Positions 1 to 10,843 of a stretch of 64,000 nucleotides of DNA are shown here, in pieces (within the stretch, counting starts at the first letter, position 1; each line of letters starts with the position of its first letter). Below the pieces are notes generated by a model. That model was not told the origin of the DNA, did no database searches, and saw nothing but the letters and a program-made list of their open reading frames with translations. The DNA is from Curvularia clavata (lineage: Eukaryota): assembly GCA_023920165.1 (NCBI GenBank), contig CP089277.1, positions 3,100,001 to 3,164,000 of the forward strand. Reading direction: 5' to 3'. The position numbers were made by a program, and so were the translations under genes.

Positions 1-423
1 CTGGCCCTCGTGTCCGCCCGCTATACGCTCGAGGCTGTCGATGTCCTCTCCCAGATTGCCTCGGCTCACCTTCTGGCCGTTTGTCAGGCCCTGGACTTGC
101 GCACTATTGAGATTGAGGGCCGGAGCAAGGACAACAGCCCACCTGACGCGACTCCTTACATCGGCCTGGCGTCGCGAAGAATGTACAATTTCATTCGAAA
201 GGACCTGGGTATCCCATTCCTAGGTGAGGCTCAGCTGGCCTCTACCGAGGCGGCGAGGCCCGACGGTGTCACTCCAAGCATGGGCCTGTACAATACACGC
301 GTCTACGAGTCGATTCGATCCGGACGCTTGTATCGTGTTGTGATTGATACTCTGAGAGAGGCAAACGCTGAAAGCAACATGAATGGAACACACGACTATG
401 GTTATCAGATGACAGCTCCTTAA
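1..423 (+). CDS. 3' part of an aromatic amino-acid ammonia-lyase (PAL/HAL family); 5' end lies outside the window
   Basis: Frame is open from base 1: LALVSARYTLEAVDVLSQIASAHLLAVCQALDLR matches the conserved C-terminal helix of MIO-dependent lyases, followed by a PAL-like MYNFIRKDLGIPF. Stop TAA at 421-423. The MIO (ASG) motif is not in the window. Confidence 0.85.
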   Translation: MALVSARYTLEAVDVLSQIASAHLLAVCQALDLRTIEIEGRSKDNSPPDATPYIGLASRRMYNFIRKDLGIPFLGEAQLASTEAARPDGVTPSMGLYNTRVYESIRSGRLYRVVIDTLREANAESNMNGTHDYGYQMTAP

Positions 424-566
424 TTAACACGAGTGGGAGACTTTTGCAAGGAGAGGAGAGAAAGCATCTTCAAACTTGAAGCTAAACGAATTCTCAAAGA
501 ACTATCATAAGACTTCAGATAGATAAATAGATACTGTTCATTTCACCGTTTTAAAAAAAAAAAAAC

Positions 567-1736
567 TCATTGTCCTTTCTTTGGTAGTAGTTTCACCATG
601 CGGCTGATCCGGACCTTTTGCGATCCCGCCTCTTTTCCAAAATATCTCTGACTATTTAGTGAATACTCCACGTTAGCCTCAACCCAGTCCAACAAGCCCA
701 ATGCATATTCCTGGATCACTTCATTTTGACCGATCTTGTCGAATTGCGGGAGGTTGTTGTAGTCGTTGAGAAGGGAAATCGACAGGTCTCGATACATCTT
801 GCCTACAACGTCCATTGCGTCCTGCACACCTCTTCCCCTCTCACGTAGTACGACATCAACAATATTGTGCGCCACGCGCTTCTGTCCACCAGCCTGCTCA
901 ACGTTGTAGCTGTAAACATCGTTTGCAATTACAACAAGATCTCCAGTTGTAACGGCCATTCTTTCAATCACTTCATGATTCACAACATGCTCCGAAAGAT
1001 GAAAGGGCATGTAGATAAAGTCGAACGATGGCCGCACGCCTCCGGTGCGTCTTCGAAGATCAAAATGCTCACTGCGACTGCGCAGACGGCCTGTTTCTCG
1101 GTCCTTAGTTTTTTCCTGCACTGCTTCCATATAAGACATGAGGTGGCTTACAAATCGATCTTTCGTAGCCGTAAGAGAGTTCAGTTGATCTAGAATGTTG
1201 GTCCAAAATCTTTTCAAGTGTTAGGAAATAAAAAGGGGGTTGAACGCTGATACTGACGATCGACACATCTTCTCCAAAACCCCATCATCACATGGCATTT
1301 CACTGGGATCGGCGAGGATGCACTCCATATTCGCAGCAACATGCTGATTTTCAACCGACGATTGATGATCTGTGATGTCATCAATGACCCAGAAGAAGTG
1401 CATAAAGTCCGCGCAGAGTCGGAAATGCTCAGTGTTAGCTTGCCTATACACCCAAGCGACAAGGGTCATAGCCTCGTTGGTAAACTTCTCCGTTTCCTTA
1501 CCAGACATGCTGTCGAAGCTCTTGATCCAGTTGAGAGATTCTGCTCATGTTCTCTGCTCCAGCAGGTGATGATTAGATGTACATAGCCACTTCTCCCCGG
1601 TTCCTTCGAACAACGCGTCTGGAAGCAAATCAGGGAGCTGGAAGAGGGTCAATTTCTCGGCAGAGCATTGTTGAGTCGTACGGAACTCTAGTACCACTTT
1701 TTCCCGCAGTCGTAACATAGGAGCAAGGCAAATCAT
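567..1736 (-). pseudogene. Class I (sesqui)terpene synthase with one in-frame TGA (1545-1547); probable pseudogene or null allele
   Basis: Motifs DDITD (DDxxD), R in LRRRTGG, NDVYSYNVE (NSE/DTE) and the C-terminal RY pair (SQRYFG). One intron at 1210-1257 (GTCAGT..CCTAAC..AAG) gives MCRS-FWTN. ORFs 1545..1736 and 1221..1508 share a frame, separated only by the TGA and 12 sense codons. Confidence 0.88.
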
Positions 1737-2648
1737 AGTTAACTATGCTGAATACGATGGAAAGAAACAAACACAAGACTATGAGTTAACAGCTGCTTTA
1801 TAAAAAACGATTTGAATGACATATGGTACATCTTCCTATCATTGCTAAGCGCTACGATAGATCTGAGCAAAACGATGAATCGTGTTTGTGCACAGCCAGG
1901 GAACGAGAGCTATGTCGTCTTCTAAAAATGGCCGATTGCATGCTTGTGGTCTTCCACGAAAGATGATACGGTAGCGAGAAAAACACCACTCCAATATCCT
2001 GCACCCAGGACTTCGCGTTGGGGATGGGCTTCAAGAATATGTTGAAGTTCCGGCTCCTCATCGGTCATCCGGGACTCGGGGATGGAATCACCAATCAAAC
2101 TGGTGTTACATCGTGGGTTTTCAAAATCAACAAGGGCAGAATATGTCAATGGTTTCAAAAGGCTTGCTGCACGTTTATTGTGGCTCTTTTCGCGTTTAAC
2201 AAGACCGCTGGAGGCCGTGGCACAGTGTGGCAGTGAGTCAGCATGGTTTGGTGTAACGACGAAAAGTTTTGTGATGGAGCGATTTCTACCCGAAGCTCCA
2301 TCCTAATATTGACTCTTTGTTCATATAAATACTTACACGTTGTTACACATTGTAGTACAATCCACAGTTAAGGTTCAGAGGATCAAGGGATAGTTCGCAC
2401 CTGGATATCCTAAAAGTAATTGCAGCCATCAGGAGACGAAGTAGCTAGTCGTTATTCGGGAGATTAGCCTATAATTGTAGCTCAAATTACGATCCTTTCA
2501 CTGCTTACGGACTGCTAGTATGATCTTCTACCGAAATATACTTAGCACTGTTTGCTCCAGTTCTCAAACTTTGGAAACTGGCGTCGAAATCGACTTCCAA
2601 ACACCCATTAGAGCGTCTTGTACAAACCAGTGCAGTGAATCAAACTGC

Positions 2649-4391
2649 TTAAACGACCCTCCTATTTGTTTGCGATATGCAGCCATCGCCCCCAACGTCC
2701 GAGCCACATGACAGCCTTCTGCTCTCCTGCAACTCAGTACTCTCACTCGCATTGGCAACCTTCTGTGCCAAGTTCATATCAAACTGCGTGATCACGCCCT
2801 TTCCAACAGGTTTCCCGAGATTGTCGCTCATTGGCCTGGTAACATCGCACCGCAGCGACTGCGCAGGACTCATGCGCTCCACTTTGGTGTTGTTTGTCTG
2901 AATGAGAAGTCGCTCACGGGACTCTGCGCCCTGGTACGGCTTCCACTCAACAGTACCATTCGCACGGTCTGTATTGGGATCTAAGTTGCGAATAAAACTC
3001 GTCCAGTAGCTGCGTACTTGGGAGATTATGGGCTTGTTCGTGGTGTAGTAGCTGGGCGGCTCTTGCCCATCAGTGCGCTTTAAGCCCCAAAACGCATACA
3101 CATTGACGGTGTGCCAGGCACCTAGACCGGACGCCTCGTCCTTGGGGTCTAGTACGTCATACTTATAGTTGTATGTACGGACATTATCGCGTGCAATGGC
3201 GTTCTGGATATTGCGTGTTGGGCAGTGGCTTCCGATATCACCAATGGCCTCAGCAGCTTGACGCCAGTAGATTCCTTTACCGGGGAAGGTGGGCTGATTC
3301 GCCTCGATATAGAGGTTATCCAGTATAGAGATCGAGGAATTGCTTAGGCTTGGGTCCTGGTTCGCTAACCATTTGACTGCGTCAACTGTAGTGTTGAGGC
3401 TGTCTGGCGCATTCTTGGTACCCTCCTGCGCACAAGTACCCATGATTGAAGGGACTTTAGCGTACTTGCCTTGATCGAAGAGGTTGACAAGTGAGTCGGT
3501 GAAGAGGTCGCCATCAATGTTGGGATTGAACCAACAGTTGGAAGAGCGAATGGCCGACTCGCTGAGTGCGCGTAAGCAAGAAAGACCATCAGTCGCGTTG
3601 GCGCAGTTCTTGTCTTTCAGCAAACACTGGTATTGCTCTTCACCCAAATCTGGAGTTCGCATTGTTGCCCAAGGTCCGGACTCCATGATGCCACCTACAA
3701 ACAGCTTTTTGCCCGTATTTGCAGCCATCATGAGCGCAACAGAAGCTCCACCAGCGCTAACACCATCAAGAACAACGTGATCTGGATTGCCCCCAAATTG
3801 ATCGATGTGCTCCTTGACCCACTCGAGCACCTTTATCTGATCGCGTAGGCCAGCGTTAACATCGCCGCCTCCTGCTTTGACGGCTTCGCTGCTGAGAAAC
3901 CCATACAGTCCTACACGGTAGCTGAATTGAACGAACACGACCTGACCATCTGCGACAATCTCCGTGGGGTCCCAGTTAGCACTGGATTGCGACGAGAAGC
4001 CGCCACCTTGGAAGAAAACGACCACTGGTAGTTTGGAGTTGACAGTGGCCTTGGAAGGCGCATAAACACTCAAATAGAGACAATCTTCTGCAATGTGAAA
4101 GCGCGTGTAGTTTGCGGCTATGGTCCAATCGTCGGGACGGCTGGGTGGGCATGTTGCACCGTGTTTCGTGGCATCGATTACACCGCTAACGATAGGGTCC
4201 TGCGGCGCCGCGAAGCGTAGATTGCCGATAGGGGGTGCCGCGTATTGAATACCTTTCCAGGCGGACACTCCTAGCGTAGAATCGACAACGGCTCCCTGAT
4301 ACTTTGCATAACCAACATCGACGAGATTGTCAACGGCATATACGATGGAAAAGAAGCTCGCGCCGGCGAGAAATTGATGAGCATGCTTCAT
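2649..4391 (-). CDS. Secreted type-B carboxylesterase/lipase (alpha/beta hydrolase)
   Basis: Signal-peptide-like start MKHAHQFLAGASFFSIVYA (ATG at 4391). Motifs GIQYAAPP.G.LRF..P, EDCLYL, oxyanion GGGF, nucleophile GVSAG, and probable triad Glu (AQEG) and His (GAWH). Intronless. Confidence 0.92.
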   Translation of the reverse strand: MKHAHQFLAGASFFSIVYAVDNLVDVGYAKYQGAVVDSTLGVSAWKGIQYAAPPIGNLRFAAPQDPIVSGVIDATKHGATCPPSRPDDWTIAANYTRFHIAEDCLYLSVYAPSKATVNSKLPVVVFFQGGGFSSQSSANWDPTEIVADGQVVFVQFSYRVGLYGFLSSEAVKAGGGDVNAGLRDQIKVLEWVKEHIDQFGGNPDHVVLDGVSAGGASVALMMAANTGKKLFVGGIMESGPWATMRTPDLGEEQYQCLLKDKNCANATDGLSCLRALSESAIRSSNCWFNPNIDGDLFTDSLVNLFDQGKYAKVPSIMGTCAQEGTKNAPDSLNTTVDAVKWLANQDPSLSNSSISILDNLYIEANQPTFPGKGIYWRQAAEAIGDIGSHCPTRNIQNAIARDNVRTYNYKYDVLDPKDEASGLGAWHTVNVYAFWGLKRTDGQEPPSYYTTNKPIISQVRSYWTSFIRNLDPNTDRANGTVEWKPYQGAESRERLLIQTNNTKVERMSPAQSLRCDVTRPMSDNLGKPVGKGVITQFDMNLAQKVANASESTELQESRRLSCGSDVGGDGCISQTNRRVV

Positions 4392-6286
4392 CCCTGAGAT
4401 GAACAAAAGCAATATAGAGCTCTTGGCGGGAATACAGTAATCTCCTAGATAACGAGCGGATGTGCTGATGCACAGAAGTAGAGGTGAGTGAAAGGGTGAA
4501 TGGTCAAATGTCCGTAGTTGCCTCGCCAGTGTTAGTTATATAGTAATATAAGTTCCCGTCCCCATAATAACACCTGAAACACGTAAGAGCAGTTGAAGTT
4601 GGGATGTAGAATTTAAACTTTTTTAGTCCGGGTGCAAGTGAGCGTTGTTCCAGTCCCTGTGCTGTCACAGTCGGGCCGCAAAGAAATCCGGCAGTTCAGC
4701 CGTTTCGCAGCGGCATGAAAACGCGCTAGAATGGCATTGAGCCAGATCAGGTCACGATCTTCAGGGTCTCTCCTTGCTACTCAGCCATAGTAATTGATGA
4801 TCAGGAATACGTTCATGTAAGATCTGAAACGATGCAAAGGCGATAAGGAGTGAACACGTGGAGAGGATGATGGCAATGCGCTGTACATAGTTTATACGAT
4901 GTCTAACGTGCATTTCGCTACAATACTCTGACAAGGGATTGTTTCAATTAGCCCAACAACCAATATCCGACAATTTTGCAGCAAGCTAAGCCTGCAGGAG
5001 TAAGTAACAACCGTCTTACCTCGCACATTACTCTTATATCGTAAGCTATTCCGGATGATGCGGCCTCACTTACTCAACATGTAAAGTTGAGGGACTCCGA
5101 CAATCTCTTGTGGAGCATGTCTTTGCATCATCTTTGGCCTGAGTGTGGCTAGCGGCTAGCTCTGTAGATTCTCTCGGCGAGAGACCGCAAGCCGTCACTG
5201 GACCATCAAAAGCAAATACGTTGAAAGAAGAGATTACAGCTAAAGCTGGGGTAAGGAAGAAGGACTTCATCATGGGCCCTTTGATGCGAGAAAGCCAGAT
5301 ATGATTTCCCATCATACTCCTGTAGAAGTGATGGTAGCAAAGTTGTCGGCATGGGACTATAAATGCGAATTCCCGCTACTGGTATCGCGACAACCCCAAT
5401 TTTCTGAATTTGAGAGGCTCTGAACGTATTTGGTCTAATATGCGTGGGACTTTCCAGCATGTCTAGTTTTGATGGTTTTGCTGGCCATTGGGCCACATCA
5501 TTGTTCAAAATTGAACATACAACTCAATATGCACATGTGTATGGTTAAAGGTAAGAGCTTTTTTTTCTGCTCTCTGTATGCACTGCAACCAGGCAATCGT
5601 TATATTATACTTGACCGATTTACTCTTACTTATTGGGAATTCAAGGCCAACAACTTATCTGAGCATAATGACGATCTTGAATGATTGGATAGTCCATCTC
5701 CACAGTCTATATAGACTATTTTGCGAGCTCCCAGTATGATCAGAGCAATAGAAGCCCGCTAGGCTTCATATGAGCCAGTTAGGAAGGTGTTTCAGGAGCA
5801 GAGTTAGTCGTTACGCTACCTACGGAGATGGTTCCGGGTCCAGCTTGGGTCATCTTTCAACAATGTAGGTATGCCTCGCGCTTGAAGAATCGCTAGAAGT
5901 TTAATCACGATATGCTTGCATGATTTTCGATCATCTTCATTCGTGATATTCCTAGACGCATAGTCATCTCGCTTTGCAACACACTTTGCATGATCCAGAA
6001 AACTCCGGTAGGCTCTCAGAATCCCTGGAACCGTCTTACGTGAGATGAATTCGGCCCTATCTCAAGGATGAGAGGCATTGCCCAGCACCATCACAGCCCG
6101 CTTGCTCAAACGCCCAGTGTCAGACGTGGCATATCTCACTTCTATACCTCTCGCACTCTTTAGGATCTTCAATTTGTCTATTGAGCTTCCGTATGTAGCA
6201 AGATACTGACTTGTCACATCAATATGTTGAACCAACTTCGCGCATATTGCAGTTTTCTACAGTCCGACAACTCAGTATATAAATAC

Positions 6287-7414
6287 ATGCCATTCGGCCC
6301 TGCGTCCGCCACACGATCGCGTACCCGTCTGAAAATAACAACGGCAACCTGCATCGTATTCACACTCGCTATCCTCACATTCTTTTCTCATCCAGTGGAG
6401 AGGGCAAAACAGTACGGGATATTGAAATCTTCCGAGTCATCCGCACATGATGCTATACCCAACATTGTTCACTATGTGCAGATAAAAAAGGATGCAAATT
6501 CGGTTTTGAGATTTCCGTTCTCAAGCTTCCTCACAATATGCGCCGCGGTCCTATACATCAAGCCCACGGAGATCTATATCCACACCGACTTCAACCAGTC
6601 GGAAATCAAGACTGCCAGTATGAATGGGGACCGTTGGACCAGAGCTGTCGTAAACACCTTTTCAGACATCATCAATTGGAACCAGGTCCACGTACCCAAC
6701 TTCGCTGGCCAAAATGCGGACCAGCCCATCTCCGCCATCCAGCACAGATCAGATTTCATCCGTTGGGAAGCCATCGCTAAGATTGGCGGCATCTACATGG
6801 ACTGGGATGTAGTACCTTTGAGGCCGCTGACGCCGCTGCTGAATGCTGGATTCGCTTTCGTTGGTGGTCGCCACTATGGTGGTGCGGGCGAAACAAGTGG
6901 CATTAATGGCACCATCAATAACGGTGTTTTTATGACAAAGCCTAATAGTACCATGGCACGCATTGTGGTGCGTGAGCAGCACGCTGGCTTCAACGGCGCT
7001 TGGGGATCCAATCTGCAAAGCATGACCAAAATCGCCGAGCTTCTTGTCCCTGCTTCGAATGAGGTCCTCATCCTTGATCGCACTGCATTCGCACCCACGC
7101 ATTGGTTCCTAGACAGCACAGATCCTCTCTTCATACCCAACGATGGTAAACCGTCACCTGTTCCCGATGTCATCAATTCCACAGACCCAATGGAGCTGTA
7201 TGAAAATGCTGTTAATAACAGGAGAAGGCGTGCGGAATGGGAGATGGACTTTTCTTCTACATACATGCTGCATGCCTTTGCGCTGGGTAACTACCAGCAA
7301 TACGTCAACCCCAAGATCATCATGAGTAGAACCAGTAACTTTGGCATCGCAACCTACGACGTTGTCAAACATATGGTAGACCTTGGCTATATCAACGGCG
7401 ATGAAGAACAGTAG
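6287..7414 (+). CDS. Glycosyltransferase family 32 (DXD-motif, Och1/TcdA-like fold), type II membrane protein
   Basis: N-terminal hydrophobic anchor (ITTATCIVFTLAILTFF), IPNIVHYV, SDFIRWEAIAKIGGIYMDWDV and INNGVF. The start may instead be the upstream ATG at 6224. Confidence 0.85.
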   Translation: MPFGPASATRSRTRLKITTATCIVFTLAILTFFSHPVERAKQYGILKSSESSAHDAIPNIVHYVQIKKDANSVLRFPFSSFLTICAAVLYIKPTEIYIHTDFNQSEIKTASMNGDRWTRAVVNTFSDIINWNQVHVPNFAGQNADQPISAIQHRSDFIRWEAIAKIGGIYMDWDVVPLRPLTPLLNAGFAFVGGRHYGGAGETSGINGTINNGVFMTKPNSTMARIVVREQHAGFNGAWGSNLQSMTKIAELLVPASNEVLILDRTAFAPTHWFLDSTDPLFIPNDGKPSPVPDVINSTDPMELYENAVNNRRRRAEWEMDFSSTYMLHAFALGNYQQYVNPKIIMSRTSNFGIATYDVVKHMVDLGYINGDEEQ

Positions 7415-7674
7415 AGTCAAGCTAAGACCTGGCAAAGATGACGACGCATTATGCAGTGAACATTGGAGAGCCTTCTGCGGTGCAAATATCTTTTTACATC
7501 TCCTTATCATGTATCATGTATCACTACTTCATACTAAACCCTTATATACCCGCTATTCTTAGAATTTCAACCCACACTTGGCATCTTGTAGTGCACTACT
7601 AGGGCGAGTGAAGCCTATAACAGCCAGTTTTTTTTTAGGAATACGTATACAATCTGTGGTTGTTACGGGAGTAT

Positions 7675-8360
7675 CTACTGGGTTTTCGCAGCCGGCCTGA
7701 TCATCAAGGGCTGGTCGTGGATCGGCCCGCCGTAAGGCGTGAAGTCAGCCTGAAATATCTCCACATCTTCGAAACCATGCTTCTGATATAGCCGGTGGCC
7801 AGCAGTACTAGACTCCAGGTAGATAGGAAGACCAAGCTCATCTGCTTTCTTTTTTCCCCAGTCCAAAAGAAGACTGCCCGCGCCGCGCCCCTGAAACTCG
7901 GGATCAGTGTGAAGCAAACTAAGATCTATCATAGCGGTTAGATTAGCCTCGACAAGATTCTATGGCGGAAACACTAACAAACATGTGGTTTTTTGCCCAT
8001 GATTGCTTCTTTTCTCTCGGCCATACCACCAAAAAATAGTTGACATGCCTCAACATTTCTGCCAGGTCCGAATACCAAAGGGCGGGTTGAAGCCGCTACA
8101 GATGCCGATGTTTCGAAGATGTGCCATTTCGCAAAAGCAACCATTTTACCCGCTGCATCGTCATAAGCCTGGAGATAAGATACTGTCGGGTCGTCCTTTC
8201 TTCCTTGGGCCAATTGCTGAGATCTTTGCTGTAAGGCGTCGGAAGGAAAAGGACCTGGCGCGATGATTGGGCCGAGAGCGTTGTCTTTGTAAGCCAGAAC
8301 CTCTATTTCGCACGCTCGAAGAATCTCTTCGTCAGATACCTCGCGTAGTGTTAAGGTCAT
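7675..8360 (-). CDS. GNAT-family N-acetyltransferase (2 exons)
   Basis: Intron 7926-7978 (GTTAGT..CTAAC..TAG) joins KPHV-YLSLLHTDPEFQGRGAGS (acetyl-CoA motif A). Ends with YLESS..G..LY.KHGF. Confidence 0.9.
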
Positions 8361-8708
8361 TGTAGTTGAGTTTCGAATGTTACTGACTTTGCGTACGAAC
8401 TAGCTAGTACGCTGAAAACATCAGATTGAACAGCGGAAACTACATCTTATACAATTGATCGAGTGGACCTAGTGGAGTCCGGTTGTTTGTTATGCGCATG
8501 CCAAGAATACCTTAAGCCGAAGATCGCATGTACGTTTGCCTAGAAGGATTCCAGAAAAGGGCGCAGCCACAAAGGTCGCCCTTTTGAAGCACACGGGCGC
8601 CTGAACAAAAAGACCTACCCTATACCAAAATAGTACTAGAGCGAGGTAACTCAGTTACTAAACTAAGCGTTTGGCTTTCATAATACAGGACAGCAAAATT
8701 TCAGAACT

Positions 8709-10843
8709 CTATCTAATCAATCTCAAGCCCTGACTAGTCACAGCAAGGCTGACGCTCGTTGACTTCGCCATTTCCTCCATCTCTTTTTTCCCAACTAGCT
8801 GCTTATCCACTTCGACCTCGCAAAAGAGTGCGGCAAGGAATGAGCTTTTCCAGAGTCGATCTGGCTCAATACCGCGGCTGTCAATCGCGACTAGTATAAG
8901 GAAAATACCACTCAAGAGAATCTCAGCGGCTGGAAAAGTGATCCAAGGCCATCGTACATAAACACATGTTGTATTGACCCACATCTCTCCTTCTGCATTA
9001 TAAGGCATCCAATCCGGTCGTTTTACGGGATAATCAGGAGGGTCGGGGTTTGTTCGAACAATGGACGTCATTGCTGTTGCGAGGTTACTCATTCGCTTGT
9101 CGATGGTGCTGACTGTTATATTGCCGCCTTCGAAGAGAACTTGCAAGTGGACGGGGCCACTAATTGATCCTCCATGGTAGCCCGTTGTCAAATTCTTTTT
9201 ATCAAAGATTGTATCCAAGCTTTCGGTTATAGTCAGGTAGGCGAATCTGTTGACAAGCCAAACGCAATCCATTGGAAAATAAGACCACTTCCATCCCGCG
9301 CTTGGTTGCGTGAAGCCAGTCCCATTGACATAAGTGGCATCGTCGCTGTGTTGCATGAAACTGAACATTCCAGGTCCATCGCTGTCGGAGCCTTCACATG
9401 CTTCTCGTTTGCCATTTCGTATCGTGTAATCCGTGGTAATCCCGTGAGACCAACCGACAGCGATACTGGAGGTAAGGTTGTAATCAGAGTTGGGTGGGTC
9501 CGGGAACTGTGAAAGTATCGGTTTGACGTGGACAAGGTCTAGCTCCCGCTCTTCCAGTTTCGCGTCTTTGATAGCGGCTGCATAGGTGTTGACGGTTGGA
9601 AACAACGAACAATTCGCTGCTCTCCAGTCTGTTGTATATTGGGACGATCGAAAAAGAAAGTACACAACGTAGGACTCTAGATCGGTTGAAGGGACCCATG
9701 AACGAAGGACGCCCTCCCCACCAGTTTCTCCCATCCACTCCATTGTTTGGTTGTACTCGTAGTCAAGCGCCAAGTATGTGGTGGTAGAGTTGCCCGAGTT
9801 CTGGGTCTCGTTCACAATGCGGATGTTTGATGTGATGTCGACACAGGAGTGAGTGAATGCTAGGGTTGAAAATGATGCATTACCATTGTCTGAGAAAGTG
9901 CAATTACCACTGCTACAGCCGGAGGAAAGCAAGTTGGTCAAATCCCCAGTGGTTTGGAGTAGGCCAACATTGACCGCCGCTGACATTGGTGCAAACTCAG
10001 TGGGCACATTGCTTTGACTCGATGGTCCTACACGGCTGTAAGAGTTAGCCCTTGCTATGCTCACTACTGCAGTTGGGTCTCTTTGGAGACAATCCTGGAA
10101 TTGTACGAGCTGTTGCGAAAAGAACCCGACCAGAGAGGACATTATTGTGATTACCGCGCCGATTGCAGCAAGATAGCTTACGAATGTCAACTTCGTTCAG
10201 CGTAATGTATACCAGGGAGCACGTACTATGTTTGGTTTGGTCTGGAGTGATATAATAAATTCAGGGAACCCCAGGAACCGTGACTAGCTGAATCCAGTCG
10301 CTCCATATGATCCAATCGCTTGGCTTTTCGATACCAGTTCCATTTGCACTGGCCAATGCATGTCATTTAGATTAGGTTGTGTGCTCTTCAACTTGCTTAT
10401 CAAGATTTACCTTCCGTCAGGACCACGCCGACGCAAGTCCTCATGAGTAAGGAAAACAATGATATGATCGAGTTTATAGTGACCAGTTGCGGCCACTGAG
10501 GCAGAGGTTTGCTCTGATGGGCTAGTAGTGTCGCGATGAGGCCAGCAAGCCCAAGAATCGAAACGACAAGACTCAATGTTTCGAGCGTCCAGCTCTGGCC
10601 CCACATGTGTTTTGAGACATTGCCACCGTTCTTCGAATTGAGACCACTGTGAGCTGATATTGTCAGCGAAAGCTTTTCTGGTCAGGCGGCGGACTTACTG
10701 CTTTTCACGCTCTCGGCGTCGATTGACTTTTGCGCTGTGTTGCTCATAGGAAGCAACTCAACCTGGTTGGTGCGTTCTTCGTTGCCTCTGGCGCTGAGAA
10801 GTGGGCGCGCTGATGGCTCGCTTTGCTCCATTGGAGTGCTCAT
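8709..10843 (-). CDS. DUF3176-like fungal multi-pass membrane protein (4 exons; acceptor of intron 2 appears mutated)
   Basis: Family-like motifs W..E.LSLVVS, ITINSIIS-type helix, GQCKWNWY..LD.ASHG.WGS, YLAAIGA, CSSGNCTF, VRWPWITFP and WKSS.LA. Canonical introns lie at ~10654-10698 and 10177-10226. Intron 2 starts GTAAAT near 10410 but ends CAT rather than CAG at ~10360. Confidence 0.75.

Noticed and set aside
553..565. A-run between the PAL and terpene synthase stops, considered as a retrocopy poly(A) tail
   Set aside because: It is short, no target-site duplication is evident, and it is poly(T) relative to the intron-bearing synthase. An ordinary homopolymer is sufficient.
1852..2306. Overlapping 70-80 aa ORFs between the synthase and the esterase
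   Set aside because: No recognisable motif or convincing start/splice model. It may be a remnant but I cannot support that.
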